The notes: generated by a model not told the origin, from the sequence alone. DNA of 64,000 bases from Candidatus Delongbacteria bacterium (GCA_963663545.1 OY760505.1:3552001-3616000), one strand, 5' to 3'. Shown: positions 10,684 to 20,927, counted from the first letter of the stretch. A program made the numbers and translations.

Positions 10684-10852
10684 AGCGTAAAATGAACTGG
10701 ACACCCCCGATGAGTGTCCAGTTTTCGTAAGTCCAGTATTGTGCCTTCCAATGCGTTTGGCATAGGAGTCTTGGGGATCCTGGGGGTCTGGCACCGCTCT
10801 GGCACCGCTCTGACCCGTGTCAGAGCCTAACGCAGCGGCACATCCTCAGCAA
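10684..10852. repeat. Direct repeat, copy 1 (palindromes plus duplicated 3' end of FG-GAP gene)
   Basis: Near-identical to 12069-12226; contains AACTGGACAC..GTGTCCAGTT palindrome and the last 8 codons plus stop of 12201..14156. Confidence 0.9.
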
Positions 10853-11136
10853 GTAGCGCCTGGTCAGAATTGCTTGCTAAAACAAACAATGAGCTTTGAA
10901 TAAACAACGATTGAGCAACAAGGCAACGGAAAATCCTCTTGCAAGTAATAATGCTATAAAACAAATTTGCACAACAAAGCGAAAATATAATGCAATATAG
11001 CGTGAATAAATAACTTTATGAAATAAATGCGGTGCGATAGAAATGCAAGAGCTCTATGCGAGCAAAATTAGGCATGAAACAGACATAAATTTCATGATAA
11101 AGAGCATTAGAGAAATGTCAAAATACATGGTGCTGT

Positions 11137-12057
11137 ATGGACAAGGATATTCACGTCAGGCTTGGTCAGCCGACGCAGTCTGCGCTTGTTGACGTTGGAA
11201 AGCACAAAACTAGGCAACACCCAACAAGTGTATCCATTGCGGGCCTGGACCAACAAGAGCGGCAGAGACACTTGGACAGGATTTATCGTGATCCGGAGTT
11301 TGGTCCTCTAAACACATATGCCCTACAGAGGCTGGGAGATTTGCGTGGTAAAACGGTATTGGAGATTGGATGCGGTTGTGGCCACATGAGCGCACACTTT
11401 GCGCTACTGGGTGCACGCGTGATTGCTATTGACACCAGCGAGCACGAGCTATCATTGGCCAAGCAGCGACTTAGCAGATTCGGTGTGATGGAATCCTGTC
11501 AATTGCTGCAGTGCAAAGCAGAGGAGCTGCAAGTCGCAGATCATTCAGTAGACGTTGTGTACTCAAGAAGCACTATGCAGTACGTGAACAGGGAGAAAGC
11601 TTTTAGTGAGTTCAAACGCGTGCTGGTGCCAGATGGTATGCTTTCTTTGAATGAGAATCTTCCGAATAACCCAGTTGTTATGGCTTATCGCTGTATCAGG
11701 CGCCTACGGGCTGTAAAACCGGAACAAAAGGCGTATCTAGCTTCAATCTTGGGATATATCAACGAGAAAGAGCTCGAGCAGCTTGCGCGCGAATACACAT
11801 GGAGTGATCATAGCGAATACCATATACTGCGACCATTGACGATATTTATTAGCAAATACTGTTGTTGTAAGAAGGGCTGGGTTGTGGTTATGGATCATTG
11901 CTTGAAGTGCGTGGATGATTGGTTGATTCAACATATCCCCGCAACAAGGCGATTGGCTTGGTTTACCTCTACATTCTGTTCTAAGCCGATGCAACTCTCC
12001 ATACCTGTCGAACCCTCCAGGGGTGGGCCGACACCCGAGAAAGAGTCTCATGCCTAG
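11137..12057 (+). CDS. Class I SAM-dependent methyltransferase
   Basis: VLEIGCGCG motif I, AIDTS, SVDVVYS, RVLVPDG; lower GC with AT-rich upstream region. Confidence 0.85.
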   Translation: MDKDIHVRLGQPTQSALVDVGKHKTRQHPTSVSIAGLDQQERQRHLDRIYRDPEFGPLNTYALQRLGDLRGKTVLEIGCGCGHMSAHFALLGARVIAIDTSEHELSLAKQRLSRFGVMESCQLLQCKAEELQVADHSVDVVYSRSTMQYVNREKAFSEFKRVLVPDGMLSLNENLPNNPVVMAYRCIRRLRAVKPEQKAYLASILGYINEKELEQLAREYTWSDHSEYHILRPLTIFISKYCCCKKGWVVVMDHCLKCVDDWLIQHIPATRRLAWFTSTFCSKPMQLSIPVEPSRGGPTPEKESHA

Positions 12058-12068
12058 AGATCACGCTC

Positions 12069-12226
12069 AGCGTAAAAAGAACTGGACACCCCCGATGAGT
12101 GTCCAGTTTTCGTAAGTCCAGTATTGTGCCTTCCAATACGTTTGGCATTGGAGACTTGGGGACCCTGGGGGTCTGGCACCGCTCTGACCCGTGTCAGAGC
12201 CTAACGCAGCGGCACATCCTCAGCAA
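12069..12226. repeat. Direct repeat, copy 2
   Basis: Matches 10684-10852. Confidence 0.9.
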
Positions 12227-14156
12227 TCACCCGAAAGTACCCCTGCGCGGTCTGCAGATCCAGATCGCGCGAAGTCGTCGAATGCCAGAAGTAATTCCAC
12301 CAGGAGCTCTCGTCGTAGGGATTCAGGCTCTTCTGAACGCGGTAACGCAGTGCGCCGGGCACAGCGTCCCAACTCAGGCGCACCTGCTCGTTGCCAATGT
12401 ACTCCAGGCGCACATGCTGCGGCACACCCAACGTGGGCGTGAAAGACCAGCACATCACCTGGGCGCCAATGTTGCCCGAGATCAGATCCGGCACGCCGTC
12501 ACCGGTGATGTCGCCCGTGGTGGTCGTGGCGTAACGGCCCACATCCATGCCCAGAGTGGGGCTGTTCTCTCCCATCAGCTCATTCCAGATGAAGCTGGCC
12601 GGGTCGCGCTGCCAGCAGCGGATGTCGCCGTTGTAGCGGCCGCTGATGATGTCATCCCAGCCGTCGGCGTTGAGGTCCAGAAAGGATACCGTGTTGCGGT
12701 AACCGGCCATACTCGCTCCTACCAGCGGATTCACGCCTTCCAGGTAGACGAAACTGGGTGAGATGGCACTGCCCTGGTTTTCCCAGCATTCCAGCGTGCT
12801 GCCGCTGTAGCAGCCCAGCAGCATGTCCAGATCGCCGTCGTGGTCCCAGTCACTGAAGGCGGCGTTGAAGTTGTCGCTGTAGTTGGCGGTGGTGCACAGC
12901 GATTCCCAGCCGTTGTAGTAAGGATTGCTTGCGGTGCCCGCGTTCGTGTAGAGGCGCATGTCGCGGCCGTAGGGCATCACCACATCCAGCAATCCGTCGG
13001 CGTTCAGATCCACCAGACGCGGATGCACGTAGCCGCCATGATCGCCGGGAAGTACGGAACTGACCTGGGTCATCACCCGCTGACCCAGTGCGTCCAGCTC
13101 GCCGATCAGGTAGTGCACATGGCCGTCCTGCTGACCCACCAGGGCGTCGGCCAGACCATCGCCATTCAGGTCGCCGACCGTCGGGCTGCAATAAAAGCCG
13201 GCGTAGGAACGGAAGGGATTGCTACCCGCGTTGGCTTCGCTATAGGAGCCGCCGGTGGTGTTGCTGACATACATGTTGCAAGCGTTAGTGTAATCGCTGG
13301 TCAGCAGGGCCGGATGTCCCTGGCCGAAGAGATCGGCAAAGGCCAGCACTTGACTTGCCTGCGGAGTTGTGCAGTTGTAGAGCGGATTGACGCCTTCGCC
13401 CATGCGACGCTCAAAACACGGCGTCGTGGCCGAGCCGGTGTTCTCGAAATAGTCGGGCCAGCCGTCGCCGCCGATGGCCAGATCCAGATCGCCGTCGGCA
13501 TCCAGATCCACCAGGCGTGGGCGTGTGGGGCTGCAAACAGATTCACCGGCGAAATAGTCTGTTTCCACGTCCATGCGCGTGAAGTTGCTCGCGCCGTCAT
13601 TGAACCAGGTGCTCAAGGAACCGCTGCCGCCGCCCACCGCGTCAAGATCGCCGTCGCCATCCAGGTCGCCGAAGGTGAAGTGGTTGAAGTTGCCCATGCT
13701 CAGCTCGCTGAGCGGGTTCGCGGCGCCGGATCGATAAACGAAGACCGGCTCCATGGCGCTACCCGTATTCTCGAGGAAACTCACGCCCGCAAATCGGTCG
13801 CCGCAGGCAAGGTCAAGGTCGCCGTCGCCATCGATGTCGGCCAGTTCGGGGACAACCCACATACTATGACCTGCGAAGGGATTCCAGTCTGGGTCGAGCT
13901 CGAGGCGCGGAGAGGTTGCGCTGCCCGTGTTCCAGAAAACGCGCAGGTTGCCGTCGTACTGGCCAACCACCAGATCCTGATCGCCGTCACCGTCCAGATC
14001 GCCAAAGGCGGGGGACACACTGTCACCACTGCCTAACGGGGCATCGATAAAGGCGGGTTGCGTGCGAACGTTGTTCATGAATTCAAAGCTGCCGGTGCCG
14101 GCGTGTGCCAGGCCGGACAAAGTTACAACGAGGGCAAGAGATAGAGCGCGAGACAT
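12201..14156 (-). CDS. Secreted FG-GAP/VCBS repeat protein with C-terminal FN3-like domain
   Basis: Signal peptide; many GDLDGDGDxD repeats; C-terminal LSWDAVPGA..YRV..YFRVIAE. Confidence 0.9.
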   Translation of the reverse strand: MSRALSLALVVTLSGLAHAGTGSFEFMNNVRTQPAFIDAPLGSGDSVSPAFGDLDGDGDQDLVVGQYDGNLRVFWNTGSATSPRLELDPDWNPFAGHSMWVVPELADIDGDGDLDLACGDRFAGVSFLENTGSAMEPVFVYRSGAANPLSELSMGNFNHFTFGDLDGDGDLDAVGGGSGSLSTWFNDGASNFTRMDVETDYFAGESVCSPTRPRLVDLDADGDLDLAIGGDGWPDYFENTGSATTPCFERRMGEGVNPLYNCTTPQASQVLAFADLFGQGHPALLTSDYTNACNMYVSNTTGGSYSEANAGSNPFRSYAGFYCSPTVGDLNGDGLADALVGQQDGHVHYLIGELDALGQRVMTQVSSVLPGDHGGYVHPRLVDLNADGLLDVVMPYGRDMRLYTNAGTASNPYYNGWESLCTTANYSDNFNAAFSDWDHDGDLDMLLGCYSGSTLECWENQGSAISPSFVYLEGVNPLVGASMAGYRNTVSFLDLNADGWDDIISGRYNGDIRCWQRDPASFIWNELMGENSPTLGMDVGRYATTTTGDITGDGVPDLISGNIGAQVMCWSFTPTLGVPQHVRLEYIGNEQVRLSWDAVPGALRYRVQKSLNPYDESSWWNYFWHSTTSRDLDLQTAQGYFRVIAEDVPLR

Positions 14157-14456
14157 GGCCTCTCCTTATGTATTGGTGGTAAGGGAGCGCAGCGCGCGGC
14201 ATCCCCTTTGACGAAGCCTGATTGCGCCACGTCCACTTTGCCGTAGTAGACCTGGCAAGGCCTTTTCCTCAGGAGGGAAATCGAGTCGCCAAGATTATGC
14301 CAGAATCGACACATGAAATCTGGTTCAAGAATCCTGAGTCAGCTTTGTGGACGTGACCTGCGAACTGTTCACCGTGTTGGATTTCAGGCGGCCATCCGAT
14401 TGTGTGCGCGCCTTCCTCGTAGCATATTGATAGGGTCAAGCCGCAACGGGGTCAGC

Positions 14457-15065
14457 ATGCTGATTGCCTCCATCCTTATCGCCTATCTGCTGGGATCTCT
14501 GCCTTTCAGTTTGTGGATCGTGCGCGCGCGCCGCGGCATTGATCTGCGCACTACGGGCAGCGGCAACGCGGGCGCCACCAACGCGGGACGTCTGCTGGGG
14601 CCGGGCGGCTACGTGGGGATTCTGGTTCTGGATGCAGCCAAGGGTGCGCTTGCGGTTGCAACTCCCCTGTTACTTGGCTTTGACTCACGGACGCAGACTC
14701 TGTGCGCGGCCCTGGCCATTGCCGGGCACCTCTGGCCGCTGTTCGCCCGCTTTCGCGGCGGCAAGGGTGCGGCCACCGCGCTAGGTGCCGCTCTGGTACT
14801 GACTCCTCAGACGGCTGCGTGGTCTTTGCTCGTGCTAGTGCTGGCGCGCGCGCTTTGCTGGCTGGCCGGCAGACGCGTGGACGCCTGGTACTGGACGCTG
14901 GCGGCAAGCCTTTGCTACGCTGCACTGGCGTTGTGGACGCAGCTGCATGGACCGCGCCTGGCTTATGCCCTGCTGCTTCCGCTTACAATGATGGCCACAC
15001 ATCACCAAAACTGGCGCGGGGCCTGGGCCGCTCGGCGAGGCTCTGGAAAGGACATCCACTCATGA
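14457..15065 (+). CDS. plsY: Glycerol-3-phosphate acyltransferase PlsY
   Basis: AYLLGSLP, GSGNAGATN, DAAKG, GHLWP..FRGGKG. Confidence 0.92.
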   Translation: MLIASILIAYLLGSLPFSLWIVRARRGIDLRTTGSGNAGATNAGRLLGPGGYVGILVLDAAKGALAVATPLLLGFDSRTQTLCAALAIAGHLWPLFARFRGGKGAATALGAALVLTPQTAAWSLLVLVLARALCWLAGRRVDAWYWTLAASLCYAALALWTQLHGPRLAYALLLPLTMMATHHQNWRGAWAARRGSGKDIHS

Positions 15066-16060
15066 AGATCGCGGTAGTCGGCGCTGGCAGCTGGGGCAGC
15101 GCGTTGGCCATCCTGCTTTCGGAGCAGGAGCACGAAGTGCGTATGTGGGAGTACGAAGCGGCTCAAGCCGAGGCCTACGCGCGTGGCGAACGGGCCATCC
15201 CCTTTCTACCTGGCATCCGTTTGCCGAAGGAAATCACGGTCTCCCACCAGATGGAGGAGGTGCTCCCGGGCGCTCGCATCGTGGTGCTGGCGGTGCCCAC
15301 CCACGGTCTGCGTGATACACTCGCGTTAATGAAGCCGCTGCTTTCCGACGACTGCATTCTGGTGGATGTGGCCAAAGGCCTGGAGCAAGGCAGCCTGAAG
15401 CGCATGAGTGAAGTCGTCTGCGAAGTACTGGCTGGCTGGCCGCTGCAGCATTATATCTGCCTGTCGGGGCCCAGCCACGCGGAGGAAGTGGCCCGTCGGG
15501 TGCCGACAACGGTGGTTGCTGCCGGTGTGGATCTGAACATCGCGCGCGAGGTGCAGGAGGCCTTTGCCAACAAGTATTTCCGCGTCTACACCAACAACGA
15601 CCTCACCGGCGTGGAGCTGGCGGGATCGCTGAAGAACGTCATCGCATTGGCCAGCGGTATGTGCGACGGCCTGGGTTTCGGCGACAATACCAAGGGCGCG
15701 CTGCTGACTCGGGGCATGGTTGAGATGGCTCGTCTAGGTACAAAGCTGGGCGGTCGCGCGGAGACCTTCTGGGGCCTTTCCGGCATGGGCGACCTGATCA
15801 CCACCTGCATGAGCAAGCACAGTCGCAACCGCTATGTGGGCGAGGAGCTGGGGCGCGGGCGTAGTTTACAGGACATCCTGGCTTCCATGAGTATGGTGGC
15901 CGAGGGCGTGCGCACCGCCGATTCCAGTAATGCACTACGCCTCCGCGAGGAGGTGGAAATGCCCATCACCGAGGCGGTCTATCGTGTGCTTTACGAGAAT
16001 GCCTCACCGCGCGAGCAGGTCTTTGAGCTGATGACGCGCACGCTGAAAGGCGAGCACTAG
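15062..16060 (+). CDS. gpsA: NAD(P)H-dependent glycerol-3-phosphate dehydrogenase
   Basis: GAGSWG, LSGPSHAEEV, LKNVIA, GDLITTC..SRN, AEGV. Confidence 0.97.
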   Translation: MKIAVVGAGSWGSALAILLSEQEHEVRMWEYEAAQAEAYARGERAIPFLPGIRLPKEITVSHQMEEVLPGARIVVLAVPTHGLRDTLALMKPLLSDDCILVDVAKGLEQGSLKRMSEVVCEVLAGWPLQHYICLSGPSHAEEVARRVPTTVVAAGVDLNIAREVQEAFANKYFRVYTNNDLTGVELAGSLKNVIALASGMCDGLGFGDNTKGALLTRGMVEMARLGTKLGGRAETFWGLSGMGDLITTCMSKHSRNRYVGEELGRGRSLQDILASMSMVAEGVRTADSSNALRLREEVEMPITEAVYRVLYENASPREQVFELMTRTLKGEH

Positions 16061-16188
16061 GCGACAAAATGAGTTGCGGCAAAGGCTGTGCGAGGTTCAG
16101 CACGGAGAGGGTGTTTTTGAAATGCCGATCCTGCAATCCAGTCGGGATCATGATGATTGACAAGTGGATCTGAACCGGAGAACCTGTC

Positions 16189-16458
16189 ATGACCAGCACA
16201 CACGTTCACTTCCGCGGACGCGTCCAGGGCGTCGGTTTCCGTTACACGGCTGCTCATCTCGCCAAAGCCTACCGCTTGAAAGGCTGGGTGCGCAACCTGC
16301 CCGACGGCTGTGTCGAGGCCCTTTTCCAGGGCGATCCGATCACGATCCTAAGCGTGCTCACCCAACTCGAGGGCAACCCGGGTATGATTCGCGTTGAGGA
16401 GATCTCGCGTGAGGAAATTGACCACGAGGCCTGCCGGGAATTCGTTGTGCTGCGCTGA
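16189..16458 (+). CDS. acyP: Acylphosphatase
   Basis: [21 protein letters not shown]. Confidence 0.95.
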   Translation: MTSTHVHFRGRVQGVGFRYTAAHLAKAYRLKGWVRNLPDGCVEALFQGDPITILSVLTQLEGNPGMIRVEEISREEIDHEACREFVVLR

Positions 16459-17143
16459 GTGTTTTCAGCAGTGTTCAGGCAAACGATAAACTGCAAGGAC
16501 GATACCATCTCGCATGAGGGCTTCCCCGAAGTTCAGAAGAAACCCCAATCGTAATCCGCTAAGCTTCAAATAGGTGAGGAGTTGCTTCCTGTGTGTGTCG
16601 GTGATGCAAACGATGGACTTCAACTCCAGCAAGACTTTGCCTTCAATGATGATGTCAGCCCGAAATCCGAGATAAAACTCTTTTCCGCGCCAAAACACCG
16701 GGACCGGGACTTGCCTCAAAGCGACCAGACCTCTTTCTCTAAGCTCGTGTGCGAGTACGGCTTCGTAGACGGTCTCCAACAAACCTGGCCCTAGCTCGCG
16801 ATGAATTGTCAACGCAGCATCAATCACAATTCGGCCAATCTCGTTTTCCGTCATCTGTACTCCTGGCTTTCGTCTTGCAAACTACAACGAGAAAAGCCCG
16901 GAGTGAAGAGATTCGCCGCGTGTTTCGCTTGCGGAGGATACTGCTGTAAGCTGCTGTAGACAGTTTCCTGTTGTTTGACAAAAAAGAGGTGCATCTCGCC
17001 AAGCTCGAAGAGCTTGCAAGCTCGCAAAGCTCGCCAAGGAAGAGCAAAAGGGAGTTTTGGTTAAGAAAGCTGGCTGTTGGCCAGGGCCTCTTGAAGAGGG
17101 GTGTTTTTGCACGCAAAGAAGAGACGCTCTCCCCAATATGTGT
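16296..17143. repeat. ~850-bp direct repeat, left copy (acyP 3' half, GxxExxY gene, upstream region)
   Basis: Aligns by eye with 30038-30885. Confidence 0.92.
16465..16854 (-). CDS. GxxExxY protein (PD-(D/E)xK-like), copy 1
   Basis: ELGPGLLETVYE, FRADIIIEGKVLLELKS, QLLTYLKLSG..GFLLNF. Confidence 0.92.
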   Translation of the reverse strand: MTENEIGRIVIDAALTIHRELGPGLLETVYEAVLAHELRERGLVALRQVPVPVFWRGKEFYLGFRADIIIEGKVLLELKSIVCITDTHRKQLLTYLKLSGLRLGFLLNFGEALMRDGIVLAVYRLPEHC

Positions 17144-17174
17144 CTCGCGGCAGCCGCGCGCGAATGTCTTCCAC

Positions 17175-17504
17175 CTAGAGAAGCAGAGGATGCACGGCCT
17201 GCTCATCCGCCAAACAGAGGACGAGCGCAAACAGCGGTATCATGTCGAACTGATTTGCGAAGTGCTCCAGTTTCTCCAGGTGCGACCTCTCAATCACCAC
17301 TCCCCGGCTCTCTTTGGATCCAAACCTGAAGAGCCGTGTTTTCACCGATACGGCGTAGCGCAAACCCTGCTTTTCCCCGATCAGGTCGGCTCCCACGTGA
17401 TCCACCATGGCGACCTCAAAGCCCTTCCGAATAAATGCGTAGGTGCTAAGCCCCTCGCCGAAATCACCAATCTGCTTTGGTGCTCGCGTCTGCGTTCTCA
17501 TCAT
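17175..17504 (-). CDS. Small PD-(D/E)xK nuclease-like protein (possibly truncated)
   Basis: KQIGDFGE..GADLI..YAVSVK pattern resembling Hjc/YraN nucleases. Confidence 0.5.
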   Translation of the reverse strand: MMRTQTRAPKQIGDFGEGLSTYAFIRKGFEVAMVDHVGADLIGEKQGLRYAVSVKTRLFRFGSKESRGVVIERSHLEKLEHFANQFDMIPLFALVLCLADEQAVHPLLL

Positions 17505-18024
17505 TCGTCTCGTTGTCCTTAAGCAGCTTCCGTATGATTCTATCGGACAGTGCCCTGGGAGACTGTCCCTGCATATACTCATGCCATAGGTTGAGATCGC
17601 TGCCGTCAAGCAGGCGGCCATCCCCGGCAGTCAAGTCCATCAGCTTGTGCATCATCAGCCAGGCGGTATTGTGATTGACGTTCAGATGTTGCGCAAACTC
17701 CAGGTTGGACATGCCGGACTTGGTCTGGCTGAGGAAGTAGATCGCCAGGAATCAGGCATGCAAGGGCTGCTTGGTGCTGTGAAAGATTGTTCCAGCAGTC
17801 AGCGAAGTCTGCAGCCGGCAGCTGGTGCACTGAAACAACGAACGATTGCGCAATGTGTGCCCCTTTGTGCAACTGCAATAGGGGCAGACGAAGCCCTTAG
17901 GCCAACGGCTTCTGTGAAGCGCTTGTTCACATTTGTCTTCAGTTTCGAAACGCTGCATGAACTCGAGGAAGGTGAATCCTCTGCGGAACTGGATTCTGGT
18001 GCCCTGGCTTATGATGTCCTCCAT
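17464..18024 (-). pseudogene. IS1595-family transposase pseudogene
   Basis: RWPKGFVCPYC..FQCTSCRLQTSLTAGTIFHSTK zinc ribbon; internal stop at 17752; continues LNVNHNTAWLMMHKL; DDE core missing. Confidence 0.85.
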
Positions 18025-18189
18025 GTTGATGCCATGAAGAACGGCTGGGAGTGGGACATTATGTAGATCGATTATTGTTATTCCACGAGATAGGATGCAG
18101 AGTATGCTAGAAAGCCAGGACGAACGATTCTGCGGTCCCCCTTGAAGAGCTCGCGCGGCAATACGATCGTGAGCAATGGTAGCCGGCCA

Positions 18190-18888
18190 TTACGCTGACA
18201 CGGCACTGTGTCCTAGGTCGAGTAACAGGATCTCTGCATCCCCCAATGCACGAAAGGAGATCGATGGTTCGTTACCAATGCTGGCGCCATCACCGCTATA
18301 CAGGACGAAGTCAGCGTATGCGATTTCCCCATGCACAACCTGCAGCCATGCACTGTGCCCTGGTGCCAAGGCGTGAACCAGATGTTGGCCAATTCGCAGC
18401 AAGGACGAGTAGAGTAGCGCGTCGGCGCGGATGCGCAATGAACCCTTGCGGCCATCAGGAGACGCTACGATGCGTAGTATGCCTCGGCGCTCGGCGATTG
18501 TAAAGCGCCTCTGCTCAAGGCTGGTGTCGAGATCGGGTCCAAAGGCCTGCATCACAATCCGAAAGACATGTGCCCAATTGCTTTCTGAGGCATTTCGTTC
18601 GCTCAGGCGAAGGTGTCCTTCGGCGCTCGTTCGCTGGAACTCGCCACTCTGCACCATGGTGGTGCGCCCCTTCCCGTCCTCCTGCGCAAGCGTACCCTCG
18701 TGGACGTAGGTCATGACATCGTCTCCGTTTCGCGAGCGCGACTCGGTGCCTGCACCCGGGGGAATGCGGTTCTCGACCAGAGCCAGCAAAGATCCGAAGC
18801 CGGAAGCGGAGGGGTCGAAGCTAAACCAGAACTCCTGGCCCATGACCCGCTCGTGGTGGCGCTCGCTGGATCTGCGCAGGGAGATCAT
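18190..18888 (-). CDS. Pirin/YhhW-like cupin
   Basis: MISLRRSSERHH, TYVHEGTLAQED, VASPDGRKGSLRI, GDGA; canonical metal-binding His residues appear substituted. Confidence 0.8.
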   Translation of the reverse strand: MISLRRSSERHHERVMGQEFWFSFDPSASGFGSLLALVENRIPPGAGTESRSRNGDDVMTYVHEGTLAQEDGKGRTTMVQSGEFQRTSAEGHLRLSERNASESNWAHVFRIVMQAFGPDLDTSLEQRRFTIAERRGILRIVASPDGRKGSLRIRADALLYSSLLRIGQHLVHALAPGHSAWLQVVHGEIAYADFVLYSGDGASIGNEPSISFRALGDAEILLLDLGHSAVSA

Positions 18889-19051
18889 CGGTCTGTACCC
18901 GCGTGCAACCTTCGGCAGTGCTCCCGCAACCGGGTACAGGAGCACAAAAACGCGGACAAGGTCGGTACATCATGCCGCTGGGCAATAGAAGTGTCGCTCC
19001 GCGAAGATGGGGGATCACTCTGCTTCGTTCCAGGCGGTTCGGACCCGGTAG

Positions 19052-19610
19052 TCAGGATGAGTCGCTGCATTCTATCTCCCTGGGTGTTGCAACGGTAAGT
19101 ATACGGGCACGGGAGTACCGGAAGTAGAAGCGAACCCCGATGGCTCCATTGATATCGAAGTCCGTGTCAGGTAGCACGTCCAGAATCGGCACGATCTCAA
19201 GAAAGAACTCCAGCGGCGCCGTCGCTGGCAGGAAGGCCAAGCCAAGCGGCACTCGAATGCCGATCATCGCATCGTTGGCGTTGTGTCCTTCATAGGAATT
19301 ATCGTTCACCAGCCTTGCCCGTCCGCCGATACCGTATTAGACCAGCAACTCTGCCTTCCCGGATTCGGTTAAGGCAACTGAACTCGTGCACAAGGTAGTC
19401 CGCATGGAACCGGAAGCCCTGGTTCTCTACGAGAGACCAAGCCGCCACAGCGTTAATACCACACTCCGGGCTGATCCAGCTCTTCATATTGATGCCAGCC
19501 GGTTCCACCCGGGATCAGACCGAGTCCGAACCCATCTACCATTCTGGCGGTGGCGACGGACGCCAGGGTGGCCAAAGCCACAAAAGTCGTTGTCTGACAA
19601 AGCAATCATG
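19052..19610 (-). pseudogene. Frameshifted outer-membrane beta-barrel (DUF3996-like)
   Basis: Fragments in different frames: GFGLGL, EPAGINMKSW, FHADYL, IGIRVPLGL..EFFLEIVP..GAIGVRFYF. Confidence 0.55.
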
Positions 19611-19720
19611 TCTCCCGCGTGATGGCCAGGCGTGCAGCGGCGGAACCCACTCCCGTAGTCTTGCACTTTGGCGATTCCGCCAGGTAATGAGCTGGCTCAT
19701 GGCTTGCAGATGGCATCAAG

Positions 19721-20026
19721 TTAGCTCTTGTCACGGGCCACCACCCTGCTAATGTCCAAGTTCACCTTGGCACTTAGTCGATCCAGCTCGGACTGGACCA
19801 TCCCCAACTCCTGCTTCATCCGCTTCACAAACTCAGCATTTTTCGTGTGCGCGTAGTCTTCCAACGCCTGGTCGGCTTGCCTTTGCTTCTGCCTGACTTC
19901 ACCCAATTCGGCTGCCACTGAAGGCTGTGCCATGTCGGGGTCCAACCGCCTGCATTCCTGGGGCGACTCGTTGAAGAGGGAGTTCTCAGCTTTGTCGGGC
20001 GTCTGCTCAGGATCGGGATGTATCAT
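19721..20026 (-). CDS. Hypothetical coiled-coil protein (possibly fragment)
   Basis: RBS AGGAGA upstream; 101-aa ORF co-oriented with the OmpA gene. Confidence 0.4.
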   Translation of the reverse strand: MIHPDPEQTPDKAENSLFNESPQECRRLDPDMAQPSVAAELGEVRQKQRQADQALEDYAHTKNAEFVKRMKQELGMVQSELDRLSAKVNLDISRVVARDKS

Positions 20027-20081
20027 CGAGTTCTCCTACTCTTGAATACCTCAGCTTCTTCAGATCGACACAAGCCCAGGA

Positions 20082-20927
20082 TTAATGCTGACTAGTCGCG
20101 GTTGAACGCACAATGACAATCTCGACTCGACGGTTCTTCGCGCGACCCTCAACGGTAGCATTGTCTGCAAGTGGATGTGTCTCACCCATGCCGCTGGACT
20201 TGATCAGAAAGGATCTGTAACCACGCTGTACAAATACATCGCGGACGCAGTCTGCCCTCGCCTGTGACAGCGTCTGATTATGGCCTTCGCTGCCCTGCGA
20301 GTCGGTGTGGCCCTCGATCAGCAAGTTGCGCTCCGGGACTTCGAGCAGTGCAGTAGCCAACTGATCCAGACGCGTTCTGGCGGCAGGCAGCAAGGTGGAA
20401 CTGTTGGTGGCGAAGAGCACATTGCCCGACAAGGATATGACCAGGCCGCGAGCATCTTCCGTGACAATGGCCAGCTTAGCCAGTGCTGCAGTCGTTCTTT
20501 GCTCTGCAGCTGCTAGAGCATCGCTCTGCCTCGTGGCCATCTGCTCCGACTTGGCCTGAGCCAACTCCTGCTGCGCGTTCTCGGCTATCTCACTTTGGGA
20601 GGCCAACAGATCCGCCTGGGCCTGAGTCCGGCGCTGCTTCTCGATTGCGACGGATGCGGTCGCTTCGGCGATCTCTGCTTTTCGCAGCGCAATGTAGGCC
20701 AGGTCGCGTGTCTCCGCAGACTTGGGTTTGTCTTCGAAGGCCGCCTCTGCCAGCTGAAGCGCTAGATCAGCCTGATGCAGCTCGACCGGAGCGACCTGGG
20801 CGGCGTCACCGGCCGCTGCGCGCTGGTTCGCAGTACGGGCCTCGGTCAATTCGTGTGGAACGGTTGCCGCGCAGCCGCCGATAAGTACGGCGCAGGCGGC
20901 AAGGAGCAAGGTTCTGCAGATCTTCAT
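20082..20927 (-). CDS. DUF4398/OmpA-family lipoprotein
   Basis: Lipobox LIGGC; OmpA C-terminal domain VLFATN, IEGHTDSQG, LSQARA, NRRVEI. Confidence 0.9.
   Translation of the reverse strand: MKICRTLLLAACAVLIGGCAATVPHELTEARTANQRAAAGDAAQVAPVELHQADLALQLAEAAFEDKPKSAETRDLAYIALRKAEIAEATASVAIEKQRRTQAQADLLASQSEIAENAQQELAQAKSEQMATRQSDALAAAEQRTTAALAKLAIVTEDARGLVISLSGNVLFATNSSTLLPAARTRLDQLATALLEVPERNLLIEGHTDSQGSEGHNQTLSQARADCVRDVFVQRGYRSFLIKSSGMGETHPLADNATVEGRAKNRRVEIVIVRSTATSQH

Noticed and set aside
12195..12226. GTTAGGC on the minus strand of the 160-bp repeat as an attC core
   Set aside because: It is the CGT-TAG end of the FG-GAP gene; no R''/L boxes at the correct spacing
12099..14036. Long antisense ORFs (12099..12761, 12840..14036; likewise 25722..27050 and 30992..32182)
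   Set aside because: Shadows of GC-rich genes with clear motifs on the opposite strand
19693..19708. TGGCTCATGGCTTGCA sigma54-like motif
   Set aside because: On the + strand facing the 3' end of minus-strand genes; no downstream gene to drive
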